Positions 1-9,183 of a DNA stretch of 64,000 bases are shown here, one piece after another (the stretch's first letter is position 1; every line of letters starts with the position of its first letter). The stretch is from Anaeromyxobacteraceae bacterium (lineage in GTDB: Bacteria > Myxococcota > Myxococcia > Myxococcales > Anaeromyxobacteraceae), in assembly GCA_032654565.1 (NCBI GenBank), contig JAULAX010000015.1, forward strand, positions 160,001 to 224,000, read 5' to 3'. The notes under the pieces are model-generated. The model saw only the letters and a program-made list of their open reading frames with translations. It did no database searches and was not told where the DNA came from. Both the position numbers and the translations under genes were made by a program.

Positions 1-1
1 C

Positions 2-676
2 AACGAGCTGCAGGTGGGGCGGCTGGTCAACGAGCTCTGCGCCCGCGGCGCCCTGGTGCGATGGGACGGCCACCCGCCGCTCCACGCCACCGGCCACGCC
101 CAGGAGGCCGAGCAGCGCCGCCTGCTCCAGCTGGTCCGGCCCGAGCGCTTCATGCCCATTCACGGGGAGTACCGGCAGCTGGCCCGCCACGCCGCCCACG
201 CCGCCGCAGAAGGCGTGGCGCCCGACCGCTGCCACCTGCTCACCGACGGCCAGGTGCTGGCGCTGGCCGACGACGGCGCCCGCATCCTCCCGGCCCGGGT
301 CCGCAGCGGCCGGATCGCCCTGATCCGCGAGGAGGGGGGCACCGTCGAGGTCCCCGACCGGGTCATCGATGACCGCCGCGTGCTGGCCGAGTTCGGGCTG
401 CTGCTGGTGGTGGTGGAGCTGGACGGCCGGAGCGGCGCGCTGCTCCGCGAGCCGGAGTTGCAGGCCCGCGGCGTGGCCGGGCTCGAGGGGCACGAGGCGG
501 AGCTGGGCGGCGAGCTGCGGCGGGCGCTCGAGGAGCTGCCCGGCGAGCCACGGGCCCTCGGCGAGGCGGCCTGGCGGGCGGCGCGGGTCGAGGCGGTGCG
601 GCTGGCGGCGCGGCGCTGGTTCCGCCGGACCACCGGGCGGCGCCCGCTGGTCGAGCCGGTGGTGGTGGTGCGGTGA
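2..676 (+). CDS. rnj: Ribonuclease J, C-terminal part (5' end outside window)
   Basis: Frame is open from position 2. NELQVGRLVNEL..GA, LHATGHA and RPERFMPIHGEYRQL match RNase J motifs; it ends in RRPLVEPVVV. Confidence 0.85.
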   Translation, partial: NELQVGRLVNELCARGALVRWDGHPPLHATGHAQEAEQRRLLQLVRPERFMPIHGEYRQLARHAAHAAAEGVAPDRCHLLTDGQVLALADDGARILPARVRSGRIALIREEGGTVEVPDRVIDDRRVLAEFGLLLVVVELDGRSGALLREPELQARGVAGLEGHEAELGGELRRALEELPGEPRALGEAAWRAARVEAVRLAARRWFRRTTGRRPLVEPVVVVR

Positions 677-743
677 GATAGGATGGCGCGGTCAACCCAG
701 CCGCGGTGAGCTCCCCGCTGGCGACGATCCGACGGAGGACGAG

Positions 744-1232
744 ATGCCGAGCTTCGACGCCGTGAGCGAACTCAACATGATGGAGGTCGAGAACGCCTGG
801 AACCAGGCCTGCAAGGAGCTGGCGCAGCGCTTCGACTTCAAGGGGACCTCCACGGTCATCGAGCGGACCAAGGAGCTCGACTTCCTCATCAAGGCCAACA
901 GCGAGGGGCGGGCCGAGGCGGCCCTCGGCGTCCTGATGGAGAAGCTGGCCAAGCGCCAGGTCCCCATGAGCGGCCTCGACCCGCAGCCGGTCGAGCCCGC
1001 CGGCGGCGCCACCGTGCGGCAGCTCGTCAAGCTCAAGAAGGGACTCAAGTCGGAGGACGCCAAGAAGATCGTGGCGGTGCTCAAGGAGACCGGCCTCAAG
1101 CTCCAGGCCGCCATCCAGGGCGAGGCGGTGCGGGTCACCAGCAAGAAGCGCGACGACCTGCAGGCCGCCATGCAGGCCATCCGCGGCGCCGGCCTGCCCA
1201 TCCCCATCGTCTTCAACAACTTCAGGGACTGA
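744..1232 (+). CDS. yajQ: YajQ family nucleotide/c-di-GMP-binding protein
   Basis: MPSFDAVSE, RFDFKG, IQGEAVRVTSKKRDDLQ and terminal FNNFRD; GGAGG RBS upstream of ATG 744. Confidence 0.95.
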   Translation: MPSFDAVSELNMMEVENAWNQACKELAQRFDFKGTSTVIERTKELDFLIKANSEGRAEAALGVLMEKLAKRQVPMSGLDPQPVEPAGGATVRQLVKLKKGLKSEDAKKIVAVLKETGLKLQAAIQGEAVRVTSKKRDDLQAAMQAIRGAGLPIPIVFNNFRD

Positions 1233-1260
1233 CCCCGCCTGCAGGGACGGCTCCGGGGCA

Positions 1261-2226
1261 TCAACCCCGGGCCGGTCCCTGGCCCTCGGGCGCCGCCGAT
1301 GGCGTCCCGGGCGCGGGGCCCGTCCCCTCGGTGGGGAACACCGTCGCCCCCTGCTCCACCAGCAGGTCGATGAAGAGCCGGGTGCGGGGCGGCAGCCCGG
1401 ACCGGCTGGGGAAGACCACCCGGACCTCGAGCGGGGGCGGCGTCCACTCTGGGAGCACCCGGACCAGCCGTCCGCTGGCCACCAGGTCGGCCACCGTCAC
1501 CCGCGGCGCCGCCAGCACGCCGGCCCCGGCCCGCAGCGCCCCCAGCAGCGGGCCCATGTCGTTGCCGATGAGCCGGGGGACGATGGGCACCGCCACCTGG
1601 CGCCGCCCCCGCCGCAGCCGCCACTCCCGGGGCGTGCCCGGGCTGAGGGTGAGCAGCAGCGCGGGGTGGTCGGCCAGGTCCTCCGGCGTGGCCGGCGCCG
1701 GGCGCCCGGCCAGGTAGTCGCGCGAGGCGTAGAGGCCGGTGGGGACCCGGGCCAGCAGCCGGGTGACCCGCGTCGAGTCGGTGGGGTGGGCGTGGGCGAT
1801 GGCCAGGTCGACCCCGCGGCCCACCTGCCCGACCGGGTCGCTGACCGAGAGCAGCTCCATCCGGACCGCGGCGTGCCTGGAGAGGAAGAGGGCGGCCAGC
1901 GGCGCGATCCACTCCGCCATCAGGGTGGAGCCCGCCGCCACCCGGAGCAGGCCGCGGGGGGCGCCGCTCAGGCGGCCGATGGCGACGTCGGCCTCCTCGA
2001 GGTGCTCCTCGATGAGCCGCCAGCGCTTCAGCAGCGCCTCGCCCGCCTCGGTCACCGTCACCCGCCGGGTGGTCCGCTGCAGGAGCCGGATCCCCAGCCG
2101 GGCCTCCAGGGCCCGGACCCTGCGGCTCACCGTGGCCTTGGGCAGCCGCAGCGCCCGGGCCCCCTCGGTGAAGCTGCAGCGTGCCGCCACGGCGCCGAAG
2201 ATCGCGAGTTCGTTGAGGTTCGGCAT
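1261..2226 (-). CDS. LysR-family transcriptional regulator (CrgA/DmlR-like)
   Basis: N-terminal HTH (SFTEGARALRLPKATVSRRVRALEARLGIRLLQRTTR) and substrate domain with GRLVRVLPEW. Start at 2226 (alternative 2238). Confidence 0.9.
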   Translation of the reverse strand: MPNLNELAIFGAVAARCSFTEGARALRLPKATVSRRVRALEARLGIRLLQRTTRRVTVTEAGEALLKRWRLIEEHLEEADVAIGRLSGAPRGLLRVAAGSTLMAEWIAPLAALFLSRHAAVRMELLSVSDPVGQVGRGVDLAIAHAHPTDSTRVTRLLARVPTGLYASRDYLAGRPAPATPEDLADHPALLLTLSPGTPREWRLRRGRRQVAVPIVPRLIGNDMGPLLGALRAGAGVLAAPRVTVADLVASGRLVRVLPEWTPPPLEVRVVFPSRSGLPPRTRLFIDLLVEQGATVFPTEGTGPAPGTPSAAPEGQGPARG

Positions 2227-2244
2227 TGTCTCAGCCATGGGACA
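2227..2244. promoter_or_regulatory. Probable LysR autoregulatory inverted repeat
   Basis: TGTCTCA-GCCA-TGGGACA (one mismatch) abuts the LysR start, in an AT-richer divergent intergenic region. Confidence 0.5.
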
Positions 2245-2332
2245 GTTATTCTATATTGGTCGTCTTGCTGACACCACATGGATCCTCCACCCTGCGCCCG
2301 GATTTGAGGCAGCCACCGACGAGGGGGATCTG

Positions 2333-2920
2333 ATGCCAAAGAACGACGTGCAGGACGAGGTGGACCTCCAGGCGCTGCTCGCCCGGCTGAGCGACTGGGC
2401 CGAGGCGCTGGTGGCCGACCTGACGCCGGCCGAGCAGGAGCAGGCCTGGCTGGCCTCCATGGCGCTGCTGCGCCGGACCACCATCGATCCGTTCTTCGGC
2501 TGCCCGCTCCCGGTGGAGGCCTCCTTCGAGGCGGCGCTGCAGCGGCTGCGCGACGCCAAGGCCGGAGACCTGGTGGCCGCCGAGGCCTTCGACCGGCTGG
2601 TGCGCGAGGGCTACCTGGCGGCCCGCGAGGAGAGCCTGGCCAGCTTCACCTCCGGCCTCGACCAGGCCACGCGCCTGGCGGTGACGGCGCTGGCCTGCTT
2701 CTCCCACAGCACCCGGGGCCAGCCCCCCCAGGAGGCGGTCCTGCAGGCGCTGCGCGTCGCCTACGACCGCGCCCACGAGCCGGACCCGGCGCTGGCCCGG
2801 CGCTCCGACCAGATGCTGGCCACGGCGCTGCAGGAGGTCGAGGGCTCTGCGGCGCTGCGCCAGGCCGTGACCAGCTTCGTCACCGGCAACATGCGCACCC
2901 TCGAGGGGCTGCTCGACTAG
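2333..2920 (+). CDS. Hypothetical protein (195 aa, probably helical), divergent from LysR
   Basis: GAGGGGG RBS before ATG 2333 and strong GC3 codon bias; no family recognised. Confidence 0.75.
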   Translation: MPKNDVQDEVDLQALLARLSDWAEALVADLTPAEQEQAWLASMALLRRTTIDPFFGCPLPVEASFEAALQRLRDAKAGDLVAAEAFDRLVREGYLAAREESLASFTSGLDQATRLAVTALACFSHSTRGQPPQEAVLQALRVAYDRAHEPDPALARRSDQMLATALQEVEGSAALRQAVTSFVTGNMRTLEGLLD

Positions 2921-3033
2921 CGCTCGACCCTCGTCCGGATGGCACCCCGCGAGCGCCGGTCCGCTCTCCGCGGCAGGCGGCGCGGGAGCGGTCGGATTGC
3001 CCCGGCCGCCTCCCCCTGCTAGATCCCGCCGCG

Positions 3034-4443
3034 ATGTCCACCCGCGTCTACCTCCACACCCTCGGCTGCCCCAAGAACCGGGTCGACTCCGAGGTCATGC
3101 TCGGCACCCTCACCGAGGCCGGCTACCGGCTCGAGCAGGATCCGGCCAAGGCCGAGATCATCGTCGTCAACACCTGCGGCTTCATCGAGAGCGCCAAGGT
3201 GGAGTCGATCGAGGCCATCTGCGAGCTGGCCGAGCAGAAGCGGACCGGCCGCTGCAAGAAGCTGGTGGTGACCGGCTGCCTGGTGCAGCGCCACGCCGAG
3301 GAGCTGGCCCGCGAGCTGCCCGAGGTGGACCACTTCCTCGGCACCGGCGCCTACCAGGAGATCGCCGAGGTGGTGGCCGCCGCCCAGGCCGCCCGCCTGG
3401 TGGTCCCCGACCCGGACTTCGTCCACTCGGCCGCGAGCCCGCGCATCAACTCCATGGCGGCGCAGACCGCCTACCTGAAGATCTCCGAGGGCTGCGACAA
3501 CGCCTGCGCCTTCTGCATCATCCCCAAGCTGCGCGGCGCCCAGCGCTCCCGCACCGTCGACGACATCGTGGCCGAGGCCGGGCAGCTGGCCAGCCAGGGC
3601 ACGGTCGAGCTGTCGCTGGTGGCCCAGGACCTGACCGCCTTCGGCCAGGACCTGCCCGGCAAGGTGCGGCTCGTCGACCTGCTCCCCGAGCTCTGCGCCG
3701 TGGACGGCATCCGCTGGATCCGGCTCCACTACGCCTACCCCCGCGACTTCCCCCTGAAGCTGATGCAGGTGATGGCCCGCGAGCCGAAGATCGTGAAGTA
3801 CCTGGACATGCCGCTGCAACACTCCAGCGACCGGCTGCTGCGCACCATGAAGCGCGGCCGCGACTCGGCCTTCCTGCGCGACCTGCTGGCGCGGCTGCGC
3901 GGCGAGATCCCCGGGCTGGCGCTGCGCACCTCGCTGATCGTCGGCCTGCCCGGCGAGACCGAGGCCGACTTCAAGGACCTGCTCGGCTTCGTCGAGGAGC
4001 AGCGCTTCGAGCGGCTCGGCGTCTTCGAGTACTCGCCCGAGGACGGCACCCCGGCCGCCGAGATGTCCGGCCAGCTCACCGCGGCGGTGAAGCGGCGCCG
4101 CTTCGAGCGGATCATGGAGCTGCAGCGCGACATCTCCCGCGACCACCAGCAGGCCATGATCGGCCGCACCGTGGAGGTGCTGGTGGAGGGGCGCGCCGAG
4201 GAGACCGAGCACCTGCTGGCCGGCCGCCACGCCCAGCAGGCCCCGGAGATCGATGGCCTCACCTACGTCAACGACGGCGTCGCCTACCCCGGCGAGATCG
4301 TCCGGCTCGAGATCACCGACGCCAGCGACTACGACCTGGTGGGCCGGGTGGTGGGGCGCGACGCCGCCCGCGCCAGCCAGAAGCTCCCGGCCCCGAAGCG
4401 CCCGCCGCCGCCGAAGAAGCGCGGCCTGACCGTCCTGCGCTGA
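3034..4443 (+). CDS. rimO: Ribosomal protein S12 methylthiotransferase RimO
   Basis: [38 protein letters not shown] (radical SAM CxxxCxxC) and C-terminal TRAM domain with APEIDG. Confidence 0.95.
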   Translation: MSTRVYLHTLGCPKNRVDSEVMLGTLTEAGYRLEQDPAKAEIIVVNTCGFIESAKVESIEAICELAEQKRTGRCKKLVVTGCLVQRHAEELARELPEVDHFLGTGAYQEIAEVVAAAQAARLVVPDPDFVHSAASPRINSMAAQTAYLKISEGCDNACAFCIIPKLRGAQRSRTVDDIVAEAGQLASQGTVELSLVAQDLTAFGQDLPGKVRLVDLLPELCAVDGIRWIRLHYAYPRDFPLKLMQVMAREPKIVKYLDMPLQHSSDRLLRTMKRGRDSAFLRDLLARLRGEIPGLALRTSLIVGLPGETEADFKDLLGFVEEQRFERLGVFEYSPEDGTPAAEMSGQLTAAVKRRRFERIMELQRDISRDHQQAMIGRTVEVLVEGRAEETEHLLAGRHAQQAPEIDGLTYVNDGVAYPGEIVRLEITDASDYDLVGRVVGRDAARASQKLPAPKRPPPPKKRGLTVLR

Positions 4444-4984
4444 CCGGCACCCGCCGCCCCGCGCCGTCCGCCACCACGGCGCCGAGGCGCCCGTCCCCCG
4501 GGTTGGCCGCCGGGTGGAGGCCAGGCGGGCCGCCCGGGATCAGGCGCCCGTCAGTGAGCCGTCTTCGGGGCCGGCCCGGCCCCCCCCTGGCCAGGAGGTG
4601 GCTCTCCAGCAGGGAGCGGACGTGCCCGAGCAGCTCGGGGATCTTGTAGGGCTTGGCCAGGAAGTCCCTGGCGCCGGCCCCCAGCGCGCGGATCCAGTGA
4701 TCCGGCTGGGCGGTGATCACCAGGACCGGCAGGTCCGCCGACTTCTCGATGCGCCGGAGCCTCTTCATCACCTCGAAGCCGTCCATGCCCGGCATGTTGA
4801 GGTCGAGCAGGATCAGGTCGTAGTGGTTCTTGCGGTGGAGGTCGTAGACGCTGGCGGGGTCGAGCGTGGCGTCGACCGAGCCATACCCCTCTGCGCCGAG
4901 GATGCCCTTCAGCAGGAGGACATCGGGTGGCCGGTCGTCGACGATCAGGAGCCTGGCGTGGTGAAGCTCGGTTGAGTTGATCAT
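4313..4984 (-). CDS. Single-domain response regulator (3' end probably frameshifted; true stop may be 4551)
   Basis: [26 protein letters not shown] and DFLAKP receiver motifs. The low-complexity tail after a G8 run overlaps rimO. Confidence 0.8.
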   Translation of the reverse strand: MINSTELHHARLLIVDDRPPDVLLLKGILGAEGYGSVDATLDPASVYDLHRKNHYDLILLDLNMPGMDGFEVMKRLRRIEKSADLPVLVITAQPDHWIRALGAGARDFLAKPYKIPELLGHVRSLLESHLLARGGPGRPRRRLTDGRLIPGGPPGLHPAANPGDGRLGAVVADGAGRRVPVSAGRSGRASSAAAGASGPGASGWRGRRRAPPPGPPGRSRWRR

Positions 4985-5247
4985 GTGCTGACCCCGTCAT
5001 GCGAGCTCGCTTCGGGTGGAACGGGGCGCTGCGGCTGGCCGGCGCTGCCGAGGCGGACGGCCGTGCCGACCCCCTCCGAGGCCGAGCCGGAGTCCTGGTC
5101 GACCTGGTGATGCGAGAGGGAGGCCAGGAGCGCCGCGCTCCCCTGGGCCTCCTGGGTGGTCGGGTCGAGGGCGCCGCAGGCGCTCAGCGAGGTGAGGAGG
5201 AGTGCGGCTCCGAGGGTGGAAAGGCCCAGCTGCTTCATCGAGAACAT
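4981..5247 (-). CDS. Small putative lipoprotein
   Basis: Signal peptide with lipobox LSAC; AGGAG RBS on the minus strand; ATGA overlap with the response regulator start. Confidence 0.6.
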   Translation of the reverse strand: MFSMKQLGLSTLGAALLLTSLSACGALDPTTQEAQGSAALLASLSHHQVDQDSGSASEGVGTAVRLGSAGQPQRPVPPEASSHDGVST

Positions 5248-5450
5248 GTGTGCTCCTGGTGGTGCCTGGTCGGTCGTTCACCCTCGGCTCCGAGGGAGGG
5301 GGTGCGCGCGGCGCGGGGGTGGACCCCCGAGCGCTCGGGTGCAGCCATTCCTGGTTCAGCAAGGGGAGCTACTGCGGCTTCCATGCCCGGGGAGGTCACG
5401 AGTCGATACCCAGCAAGATCAGGGCCCTGCGTTGCAGGGAGATCGCGGAA

Positions 5451-5490
5451 TTATGGTATATGCGCCATAGTTATGGTTTGGACGCCATAG
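5451..5490. promoter_or_regulatory. Two tandem 20-bp palindromic sites (TATGG-N8-CCATA)
   Basis: TTATGGTATATGCGCCATAG directly followed by TTATGGTTTGGACGCCATAG, between divergent genes. Confidence 0.55.
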
Positions 5491-5673
5491 TCGGCGTCGG
5501 TGCCCGGCATCCGCCCCGGCACGCTCCAGGAGGCAGTGACCCGGCCACCGGTCGGGAGCCAGGGCCGTGCCGTCAGCGGATGGTCGCCGGTGGTGGTGCC
5601 GGCCCCGCCGTGGTCGACGGCCTCGTCGCTCGCCACCGCCTTCGCCCGCGGTCTGGCGTAGACTCCGGCGCCG

Positions 5674-5766
5674 ATGCGCCAACGCCTCGCCCTCCAGGCC
5701 GCCCTCGGGACCGGCGCCTTCCTCCTGCTCACGGCGCTGCTCTTCGCCGCCGCCCGGGCCAGCTGA
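5674..5766 (+). CDS. 30-aa hydrophobic small protein (not in ORF track)
   Basis: MRQRLALQAALGTGAFLLLTALLFAAARAS*; GC3-biased; stop is 2 nt before the next ATG. Confidence 0.45.
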   Translation: MRQRLALQAALGTGAFLLLTALLFAAARAS

Positions 5767-5768
5767 CC

Positions 5769-7097
5769 ATGCCCACCCTGCGAGACCTCACCCGGGCCGG
5801 GCTCTGGCTGGGGCTCTACGTCCTGCTGGCGCTCTGGCCGCTGCTGCTCCTGCTGGCCGCCCCGGGGCCCCGCGGCGGCGGCTTCGCCGACGAGCTGGGC
5901 TCGGCGCTCGGCTTCCTGGCCATCTCGTTGATGGCCATGCAGTTCCTGCTCACCGCCCGCTTCGAGTGGCTGGCGCCCCCCTTCGGCACCGATCTCGTCT
6001 ACGCCTTCCACCGTCACATCACCATCGCCGTGGTGGTCTTCGCGCTGCTCCACCCGGTCTTCCTCTTCGGCTCGTCGCTGGGCATGGCGCTCTCCTGGCT
6101 CATCCCCGGCGCCGCCCCCTGGGAGATCGCCTCCGGCATCTGGGCCACCTGGGCGCTGCTGGCGCTGGCCGTCGCCTCCTGGCTCCGCAAGCGGCTCACC
6201 CTGCCCTACGAGGCCTGGCGCTGGACCCACGGCCCGCTGGCCGCCGCCGCCGTGCTGCTCGCCATCTGGCACGCGCTGATGGCCGGTCGGCTGCTCTCCC
6301 GCCCGGTGGTGCGCTGGCTCTGGCTGGCCTGGACGCTGGGCTGGGTGGGGCTGCTGCTGCGGGTGCGGGTCTTCAAGCCGCTGGCGCTGCGCCGCCGCCC
6401 CTGGACGGTCAGCGAGGTGCGCCCCGAGCCCGGCGACGCCGTCACCCTGGTGCTGGAGCCGGTCGGCCACGACGGCTTCCGCTTCCGCTCCGGCCAGTTC
6501 GCCTGGCTCACCCTGGGGGCCTCGCCCTTCGCCGGCCGCGAGCACCCCTTCTCCATCGCCTCCTCGGCGATGGCCGCCCCGCGCGTCGAGCTGACCATCA
6601 AGGCGGTCGGGGACTTCACCCGCGGCCTGCTGGCCGTGAAGCCGGGCCAGCCGGCCTTCCTCGACGGCCCCTTCGGCACCATGTCGATCGACGCCTTCCC
6701 CGACGCCGACGGCTACGTCTTCATCGCCGGCGGCAGCGGGGTGGTCCCCTGCATGTCGATGCTCCGCACCCTGGCCGACCGCGGCGACCGCCGCCCCCAC
6801 CTGCTCCTCTTCGGCAGCAGCGAGCTGTCGCGCACGCTGTTCCGCGAGCCGCTCCAGGCCCTCTCCACCCGGCTCGACCTGCGGGTGGTCCACGTGCTGG
6901 AGCGGCCGCCCGAGGGGTGGCGCGGCGAGCAGGGCTACCTGACCCAGGCCATGCTCGACCGCTGGCTGCCGCACCGCGGGCGGCACGCCTACTTCGTCTG
7001 CGGCCCCAACCCCATGATGGACGTGGCCGAGGCGGCGCTGGCCCGGCTGGGCGTGCCCATGTCCGACCTCCACTCGGAGCGGTTCGATCTGGTATGA
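5769..7097 (+). CDS. Ferric reductase-like transmembrane / ferredoxin-NADP reductase family flavoprotein
   Basis: N-terminal TM helices with conserved His (YAFHR, LLHP, WTHG, IWHA), then GQFAWL, EHPFSIAS, FIAGGSG, FVCGP and HSERF. Confidence 0.9.
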   Translation: MPTLRDLTRAGLWLGLYVLLALWPLLLLLAAPGPRGGGFADELGSALGFLAISLMAMQFLLTARFEWLAPPFGTDLVYAFHRHITIAVVVFALLHPVFLFGSSLGMALSWLIPGAAPWEIASGIWATWALLALAVASWLRKRLTLPYEAWRWTHGPLAAAAVLLAIWHALMAGRLLSRPVVRWLWLAWTLGWVGLLLRVRVFKPLALRRRPWTVSEVRPEPGDAVTLVLEPVGHDGFRFRSGQFAWLTLGASPFAGREHPFSIASSAMAAPRVELTIKAVGDFTRGLLAVKPGQPAFLDGPFGTMSIDAFPDADGYVFIAGGSGVVPCMSMLRTLADRGDRRPHLLLFGSSELSRTLFREPLQALSTRLDLRVVHVLERPPEGWRGEQGYLTQAMLDRWLPHRGRHAYFVCGPNPMMDVAEAALARLGVPMSDLHSERFDLV

Positions 7098-7104
7098 GGG
7101 CGCC

Positions 7105-7992
7105 ATGAGCGCGAATCGCTTCCAGGTCGGCCTGGTCCAGATGGCGATGTCCACCGACCCGGCCCGGAACACCGCCACCGCGGCGGCCCGCATCGCCGAG
7201 GCGGCCGGGCGCGGTGCCCAGGTGGTCTGCCTGCCGGAGATGTTCCGCACCCCCTACTTCTGCCAGACCGAGACCCACGCCCACTTCGCGCTGGCCGAGG
7301 CGGCCGACGGCCCCTCGGTGCAGGCGCTGGCGCCGGTGGCGAAGCGGCACGGGGTGGCGGTGGTGGTCCCCATCTTCGAGAAGCGGGCGCCCGGCCTCTA
7401 CCACAACAGCGCCGTCATCCTCGACGCCGACGGCAGCGTCGCCGGGCTCTACCGCAAGATGCACATCCCCGACGACCCGGCCTTCTACGAGAAGTTCTAT
7501 TTCACCCCGGGTGACCTGGGGTTCAAGGCCTTCGACACCCGCCACGGCCGCATCGGCACGCTCATCTGCTGGGACCAGTGGTACCCGGAGGCGGCCCGGC
7601 TCACCGCCCTGGCCGGGGCCGCGGTGCTCTTCTACCCCACCGCCATCGGCTGGCACCCGGCCGAGAAGGCCCAGCACGGCGCCGCCCAGCGCGACGCCTG
7701 GAGGACGGCGCAGCGGGCCCACGCCATCGCCAACGGCTGCTACGTGGCGGCGGTGAACCGGGTCGGCCACGAGCGCGACCAGCCCGGCGACGCCGGCCTG
7801 GAGTTCTGGGGCACCTCCTTCGTCTGCGATCCCTCCGGCGTGGTGGTGGCCGAGGCCTCCACCGACCAGGAGGAGATCCTGGTGGCCACCGTCGATCTCG
7901 GGAAGATCGACGAGACCCGCACCCACTGGCCCTTCCTGCGCGACCGGCGCATCGACGCCTACGGCGATCTCACCCGCCGCTTCCGCGACTGA
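7105..7992 (+). CDS. aguB: Carbon-nitrogen hydrolase, probable N-carbamoylputrescine amidohydrolase
   Basis: CLPEMF, YRKMHIPDDPAFYEKFYFTPGD, LICWDQWYPE and WPFLRDRR; adjacent to agmatine deiminase. Confidence 0.85.
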   Translation: MSANRFQVGLVQMAMSTDPARNTATAAARIAEAAGRGAQVVCLPEMFRTPYFCQTETHAHFALAEAADGPSVQALAPVAKRHGVAVVVPIFEKRAPGLYHNSAVILDADGSVAGLYRKMHIPDDPAFYEKFYFTPGDLGFKAFDTRHGRIGTLICWDQWYPEAARLTALAGAAVLFYPTAIGWHPAEKAQHGAAQRDAWRTAQRAHAIANGCYVAAVNRVGHERDQPGDAGLEFWGTSFVCDPSGVVVAEASTDQEEILVATVDLGKIDETRTHWPFLRDRRIDAYGDLTRRFRD

Positions 7993-7998
7993 GGTCCG

Positions 7999-9081
7999 AT
8001 GGCCCCGAAGACGCCCGCCGCGCAGGGCTTCGCCATGCCGGCGGAGTGGGAGCGCCACCAGGCCACCTGGCTGGCCTGGCCGCACAACGTCCGTGACTGG
8101 CCCGGCAAGTTCGCCCCCATCCCCTGGGTCTTCGCCGAGATCGTCCGGCTCATCGCCCGCGGCGAGACGGTGCGGCTGCTGGTGGAGGACGCCGCCGCCG
8201 AGCGCAAGGTGCGGGCGCTGCTGGGCCGGGTCGGGGCGCCGCTGGCCGCGGTCGAGTTCCACCGCTTCCCCACCGACCGGATCTGGTGCCGCGACGCCGG
8301 CCCCATCTGGCTGGTGCGGGGCGGGCCGCGGCCGGCCCGGGCCATCGCCGGCTTCAGGTTCAACGCCTGGGCCAAGTACGACGACTGGAAGAAGGACGCC
8401 CGCACCCCGGCGCGCGCCGCCCGGGCGCTGGGGGTGCCGCTGCTGCCCATGGTGCACGCCGGGCGGGAGGTGGTGCTGGAGGGCGGCTCCATCGACGTCA
8501 ACGGCGCCGGGAGCATCCTCACCACCGAGGAGTGCCTGCTCGACCCCGCGGTCCAGGTGCGCAACCCCGGCTTCACGAGGCACGACTACCAGCGGCTCTT
8601 CGGCGACCTGCTGGGCGCGCCCCACACCATCTGGCTCGGTCGCGGCATCGCCGGCGACGACACCCACGGCCACGTCGACGACCTCTGCCGCTTCGTCGAC
8701 GCCCGCACCGTCGTCCTCTGCCGCGAGCCGGACGGGACCGACCCGAACCACGCCCCGCTCGAGGAGAACCGCGAGCGGCTGGAGGGGGCGCGGCTGCAGG
8801 ACGGCTCGCGCCCGCAGGTGGTGGCCCTGCCCATGCCGGCGCCGGTGGTGCTCGACGGCCAGCGGCTGCCGGCCAGCTACGCCAACTTCTACGTGGCCAA
8901 CGCCGCGGTGCTGGTGCCCACCTTCAACGACCCCAACGACCGGGTGGCGCTCGGCATCCTCGGCGAGCTCTTCCCCGACCGGCCGGTGGTCGGCGTCCAC
9001 GCGGTGGACCTGGTCTGGGGGCTGGGAACGCTCCACTGCCTCTCGCAGCAGGAGCCGGCGATGCCGGCGCCGGCCCCGTAG
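7999..9081 (+). CDS. aguA: Agmatine deiminase family protein
   Basis: MPAEWE, WCRDAGP, LEGGSIDVNG, DDTHGHVD, ASYANFY and GTLHCLSQQ. Confidence 0.9.
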   Translation: MAPKTPAAQGFAMPAEWERHQATWLAWPHNVRDWPGKFAPIPWVFAEIVRLIARGETVRLLVEDAAAERKVRALLGRVGAPLAAVEFHRFPTDRIWCRDAGPIWLVRGGPRPARAIAGFRFNAWAKYDDWKKDARTPARAARALGVPLLPMVHAGREVVLEGGSIDVNGAGSILTTEECLLDPAVQVRNPGFTRHDYQRLFGDLLGAPHTIWLGRGIAGDDTHGHVDDLCRFVDARTVVLCREPDGTDPNHAPLEENRERLEGARLQDGSRPQVVALPMPAPVVLDGQRLPASYANFYVANAAVLVPTFNDPNDRVALGILGELFPDRPVVGVHAVDLVWGLGTLHCLSQQEPAMPAPAP

Positions 9082-9183
9082 GGCGGCCCCCGGGGGCGGC
9101 GGGCGGCGGCCACCCCCGCCTTGTCTTTCTCGCGGCCACCCCCGACACTCGCACCACCTCCGCTTCGCCACAGGTGGTGCTCC

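Noticed and set aside
5458..5482. dif/Xer site (TGCGCCATAG TTATGGTTTGG resembles the dif arms)
   Set aside because: Lacks the 6-bp central spacer and the conserved XerD arm TTATGTTAAAT.
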